Source: Trichodelitschia bisporula (taxonomy: Eukaryota). From it: a stretch of DNA of 64,000 nt. Below are positions 59,637 to 64,000 of the stretch, one piece after another; the stretch's first letter is position 1, and every line of letters begins with the position of its first letter. The notes under the pieces were generated by a model. The model worked only from the letters and a program-made list of their open reading frames with translations, did not search any database and was not told the DNA's origin. The position numbers and the translations under genes are program-made. Where the stretch lies: positions 185,224 to 249,223 of the forward strand of contig ML996694.1 in NCBI GenBank assembly GCA_010356995.1. The letters are read 5' to 3'.

Positions 59637-61688
59637 CACAGAAGCGGAGAGTGATTGGGCAGAGTAAGACCATGGTCCCCAGAAACCAACGTGGGCACCG
59701 TTAGATTTGGCAGGCGATCATACCGTCTGAATGGGGTAACTGCCACGAACCCCTGGTGAGGATTACTTCTACTACTAGTATGATTAGCCGCGCGCAAACC
59801 GACGGCAATCCCCGTGGCTAATGCCCAGCAGATCCTTCCACAACCCCGCCTCCCCGCCCTCTTCTTGCTCCCTTGTTCGTATGTTTTGTACTTTGTCAGC
59901 CAATCCACGCCTACATTACCCCATATCGGCGTGCCCGATATTCAAATAGGTTAAAAGTGGGTGTGTGATTGGCGTTGAGGCCCCGTGCAGTCTCCGTGAA
60001 TCTACATCACCAGGCTGCGGATAATTCGATCTGGTTGAAGGAAGACGAGAGCATCGCCGCAACGATCGCGAGTTTGACGCCGCTTAGATGGCAATCGGGC
60101 CAGCCGTTGGGACTGCAATGCAGATGAGATCAGATCGCAGAAAAACCCGCCTGCGTCCGATTATTTCCAGCTCCTGCCCGATTTGAGCCTTGTTGCTATT
60201 GAATGCCTTTGGGCATCAGCAAAAGTGCTTTGGAGAGCCATTTTGCTCCTTCACAATGGTGCCTCCTTTCCCCAGTACGGTTAATGAGCGGAGCGGAGTC
60301 CCCCATACGAGCCATAATTAGTCTCAAACGGGAGCTTTTTACCCCGTACGTACATACACGTGCAGAAAGCAGAAATCTCCGGTCCTCCTTCAACCGGTTT
60401 CGCTGCGTTTGACGAACAATTCTTCTGACCAGCTTCCGACGTGCACGGCCAGGTAATTCTGGTTCATACGAGCCAATCATCAGGCATGGGCCATCGGATT
60501 CCCAGCCGCGCCACTTCTTCTGCGTCCGTCGTCCACTTTGGCTGACATCACCAGGATGCCACCTGTGCTTCCCCGCGGTGTGTCAACCAACGTCTGGGCA
60601 GGTTGGTGTTACGATTGACTACATTCACACACTTGACTGCCTAACCGGTCCCCCACTTGTGATCCATCGCATTTTACCAGCCCCATCCAAACCCCATCTG
60701 CAGGCCGTGTCGAAGTCGTGGAGACGGTAGACGCGGAAGAAGGCCTTGTTCGGCGATGAGCGATAACAGGCCTATCAACCGCGGTAGCACAGAGGATGCC
60801 GTCGACGTCGCACAAGGCGGTAGTGAAGTGCGCCTCGACGCCTTTTTGCATCCCCTCTGCATAACCACATCGTCCGATGTTTTTCACCTAGACCGTTCCA
60901 TGGAGGGATAGAGGAGGATAGGCAGGATTGGCGACCGGAATAAATCTGTTGACCCTGGGGCCGGACGCGAGCGCAGGGGGGTGATCGCGTGTCTCGCGGC
61001 TATGGTCTGGTGGGGTGGGGCGGCGTTGGCGATAGGTGAGGGGGTTGTTTGGAATGATCGGATAGGATGGAGGCTCTCGCTGCGCCAGGTAGCCTTGGGT
61101 TCGGCATACAGATGGGCGAAATATGGAGGCGGGGGATGCGACGGAGGCTTTGAACCAACATCCTTTGGAATGCAACCTTGTATCACCAAACAAGCGCGCC
61201 ACGACAAGTGGTACCGTACTGACGACTGCCTTGTAAGTAGTCCAAGCCTATGGTGAACTGTTAACTCGCTAGGCGACATCCTAATTGACAAGTTTCCCAT
61301 ACCTGCTCGAATGGTAATTCATACACGGCGCTTCCAAGAACTCCGAGAGCTTCGATAAGCTCCGAGGGGTGCATGGTAAATCAGTACCGAATACATGCTC
61401 TCCGCAAAATGCCATACACCGAAATTCTTCTTTGGCAAGGTCATCCCCACAATCTCGCTAAGCAAAAACTTTACTGGCCGATAATTGTACGCGAGACGGC
61501 CACACCCGCATTTAGGCTGGCTCTAACCAACTTGCCGGAAAGTCATACGTTTACTTTTTTTCCAGCCATCCATACAGCTGCGGAAGTGATTATCGCAGTC
61601 TCAGCCGAGGGCTTGCTGCCAATGAGCACCGAAGCTTCCACGTGTGTCGGCTAAAGCTGAGAGGGTAGATTGATGGGGGAAGGAAGTT

Positions 61689-61965
61689 AATCCCTTTGGC
61701 TGGACGAGGCCCAGTGACAAGGCGTCCAGAACGCCACTTTGTGGTTGTTGCCCAGCCTCGCAGGGATGGCTGCACCGGATTGGCAATTCAGCATCAGCGG
61801 CTGCTCGTTCTGGGTCGAGATTGATGCCATGCATTACCACCAGCCACCATTTACGGCGACGCCCTGCCCGCGGCGTCAGACCATTACTGCATGTGCTGAT
61901 ATGGCCCAGCGCGCGCCATACCTGTTGCTGTGTATTGATTGCCAGCGAAGGGCTGCGGGGGTCAC
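61689..61965. repeat. Dispersed repeat family B, copy 2
   Basis: Direct-orientation match to 14500-14810, which carries an extra ~50 bp near its left end. Confidence 0.88.
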
Positions 61966-63210
61966 CGCCAGTCCATCTTCAGTCCCTACGAGCGTACTTC
62001 ACGATTAACTGAGGGTTTTGAATGGTCGGGGATTTTGCTGGACGGTATGAAACCTTGGTGCCCTTATTAGAAAGGCCGGTTTCATACCCACACAGTTGCC
62101 ATCTACCCTCCTCAGCCTAGGCCTGCAACATGACGTTGTGTCTGTCTATGCGACCACGCGGCCAGCAACATCCATGCAACAGACCCACACTACACTTTGA
62201 CAGGTCTTCGTGTATTGTAGGGTTGCCGACCTCCCTCCTCCCTGCAAGCTCCCGCTGCACGCTACGTTGGTTGGGAGTGAACCCCAGGCGGGGGGAGTGG
62301 GGGGGGGGGTGGTTGTGGAGACAGGGTAGGAGAAAGAAAAGTGGATCGGGATGGGGAAGAGGAAGATAGATATTCCAGGCTCTGATGGTCACATCCCTGC
62401 CGGTGGGCGATGAGATCGCTGCGATGAAACTGCAGCATATTCGATCAAGATCCAAAGGGGCGCGGATGGTGGCTGAAACTGGAGACCGAATGTGGTGATC
62501 GGCCAGATAGGTTTTCCCCATGCATTCCTCACTGGGAACTCCATCAGCCGTTTTTTCTCTCTTCCTTTTTTTCCTTACGTTTCGCATGGGGGGGGGGGAG
62601 GGGAGGGGAGAGGCTGGGGCGGCAAATGTGGGCGGAAGCGCGGGAAGGCTGGAGGGGTCGAGCAACAAACGCGCTGCCCACCCCTCAACGACCGTTGCAC
62701 GAAATGAGTCGTCAGAAACCTCCTACTGGAATACGCCGACTGGCTGAGCCCCCGCGCAGGGATTGGGAGTAGGATGGACGACGCGGGATTGCGGGTGGCG
62801 GCATCTGTAGAGCGCGCGTTTACCCTATGAACCCTCGTTCCCGATAACTTTCCTCTAGAAAGCATCAACACCTTGCGGCATCCAGCGGCATGCCTACGTT
62901 GGAGAGGAGACATCTTAAGATATCATATCCTCCCGCGTTTGCCGTTGTCTCATCCCCAACCCCAACCGCCTGTCTCTCGCTCATGAAGCTCTTGTCTGAT
63001 ACTCCAACAGTCTAATTTCCCTTCTCGTCGGTACGCCCGCCCAAGTCGCCATCCCCTATTCGTCCCTCGGACCTCAAGTCTCATTGGCCTTACTTCACCG
63101 ACTTGCTCGCACCACAGCCGGGCGACGCGACTTCCTGCCATATCAGCGCAAGCGCCTTCAAGCTTGCCAGTCCGAACGAGATTCGCCGCCCGCCCATCTT
63201 CCGCTCCACC

Positions 63211-64000
63211 ATGACCACAGACCGCCCCATATCGTCGTGGCATCGCCAAATGACGCCCCCACAGAGCCCATCGGACCAACCGTTCCCGGAGCTGCCTTCA
63301 GCCTTGACCAAAATGTCGCTCGATTTCATTGTGTCGGGCAGCCAGGCCAGCAGCGCCAACCACTTCTCGTCTTCCAGCTTCTCCGGGTCTTTCGAAGCTA
63401 CCGAGCGGCCTGAATTGATGACCCGCCGCGCATCGGACTCGTACCGCTCGCCCCCCTCGTCCATCCGGAGTGACGACTCCGACGGCCCCTCAAGCCCGAT
63501 CACCAACCCACCGTTCACGCTCCCCCCATTCTCCGAGCTCGCTCCAGAGCTGGCGCCAGAGGGGCATGGTCCGCCTCGCCATCCCCGCACCTCAACGCTG
63601 GACCACTACCCACTACGCCTCCATCAACACTCTTCCCCGCCCTCCTCCAAGCACCACCCAACGCCCTTACGCCCAGAGCGGCATCCCTACGACGCCGAGG
63701 AGCTCACAGCCATCATCTACCTCCGCGCGGCCTGCAACCTGCGCTGGCACGAAGTACACCGGTGCTTCCTGCGTATCTTCCCCCCGAACACGCCCCGGCG
63801 CTGCCAGGCCGCGATTGCCAAGGGCCTGCCCAAGTTCTATCTCGAGCGCAACGTGCAAGGCCTGCAGTGCCGGTGGTACCGGCTGCGCGAGGAAGAGGGC
63901 CTGGCGGCGCTGCGGAAAGGAGGCGGTGGGAAGGGGGAGCGGAGTGCGCTGGAGAGGATGAGCCGCAAGGGGGAGATCAGTATGGAGTTCTGGAATAGGC
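63211..64000 (+). CDS. Myb/SANT-like domain protein, 5' part (open to the window end)
   Basis: CCACCATG at 63211, open frame to the end; PYDAEELTAIIYLRAACNLRWHEVHRCFLRIFP...RNVQGLQCRWYRLR resembles a fungal Myb-like HTH. Absent from the ORF track because there is no stop. Confidence 0.68.
   Translation, partial: MTTDRPISSWHRQMTPPQSPSDQPFPELPSALTKMSLDFIVSGSQASSANHFSSSSFSGSFEATERPELMTRRASDSYRSPPSSIRSDDSDGPSSPITNPPFTLPPFSELAPELAPEGHGPPRHPRTSTLDHYPLRLHQHSSPPSSKHHPTPLRPERHPYDAEELTAIIYLRAACNLRWHEVHRCFLRIFPPNTPRRCQAAIAKGLPKFYLERNVQGLQCRWYRLREEEGLAALRKGGGGKGERSALERMSRKGEISMEFWNR

Noticed and set aside
61200..61360. Intron-like GTAAGT...TTAAC...TAG suggesting a gene
   Set aside because: Splicing gives an immediate stop and the flanking ORFs are unrecognisable; at most a decayed relic.

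Overview
Eukaryotic DNA from a filamentous ascomycete (Pezizomycotina; inferred from gene content and short 42-55 nt GT-AG introns with CTAAC/CTGAC branch sites). It is gene-dense, with about 23 protein genes: SDR, glycerol-3-P acyltransferase, TCD/ThiF, RING protein, P450, LAT permease, Sec61-beta, Vps34, Nse4, RTA1-family, EthD-like, Ppn2-like phosphoesterase, CCDC55, NFKBIL1-like, Tri12-type MFS, DUF3632, Oma1, a Myb-like protein and several hypotheticals. It also holds an intron-containing tRNA-Ser(GCT), five copies of a solo-LTR family (several with target-site duplications), a second dispersed repeat and two orphan gene fragments. The most notable unannotated item is a putative spliced non-coding locus at 11.48-11.93 kb with three tandem box C/D (K-turn) domains whose antisense elements fit spliceosomal snRNAs (U4 A65, U2 G19), i.e. 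a scaRNA-like guide cluster. Other highlights are a highly structured 314-nt intron in OMA1, an inverted relic of the TCD 3' end, and a C-rich-5'/G-rich-3' polarity in most genes. All family assignments come from motif recognition by eye, not database searches. Assembly defects include an N gap at 8607-8841 and long poly-C/poly-G runs.
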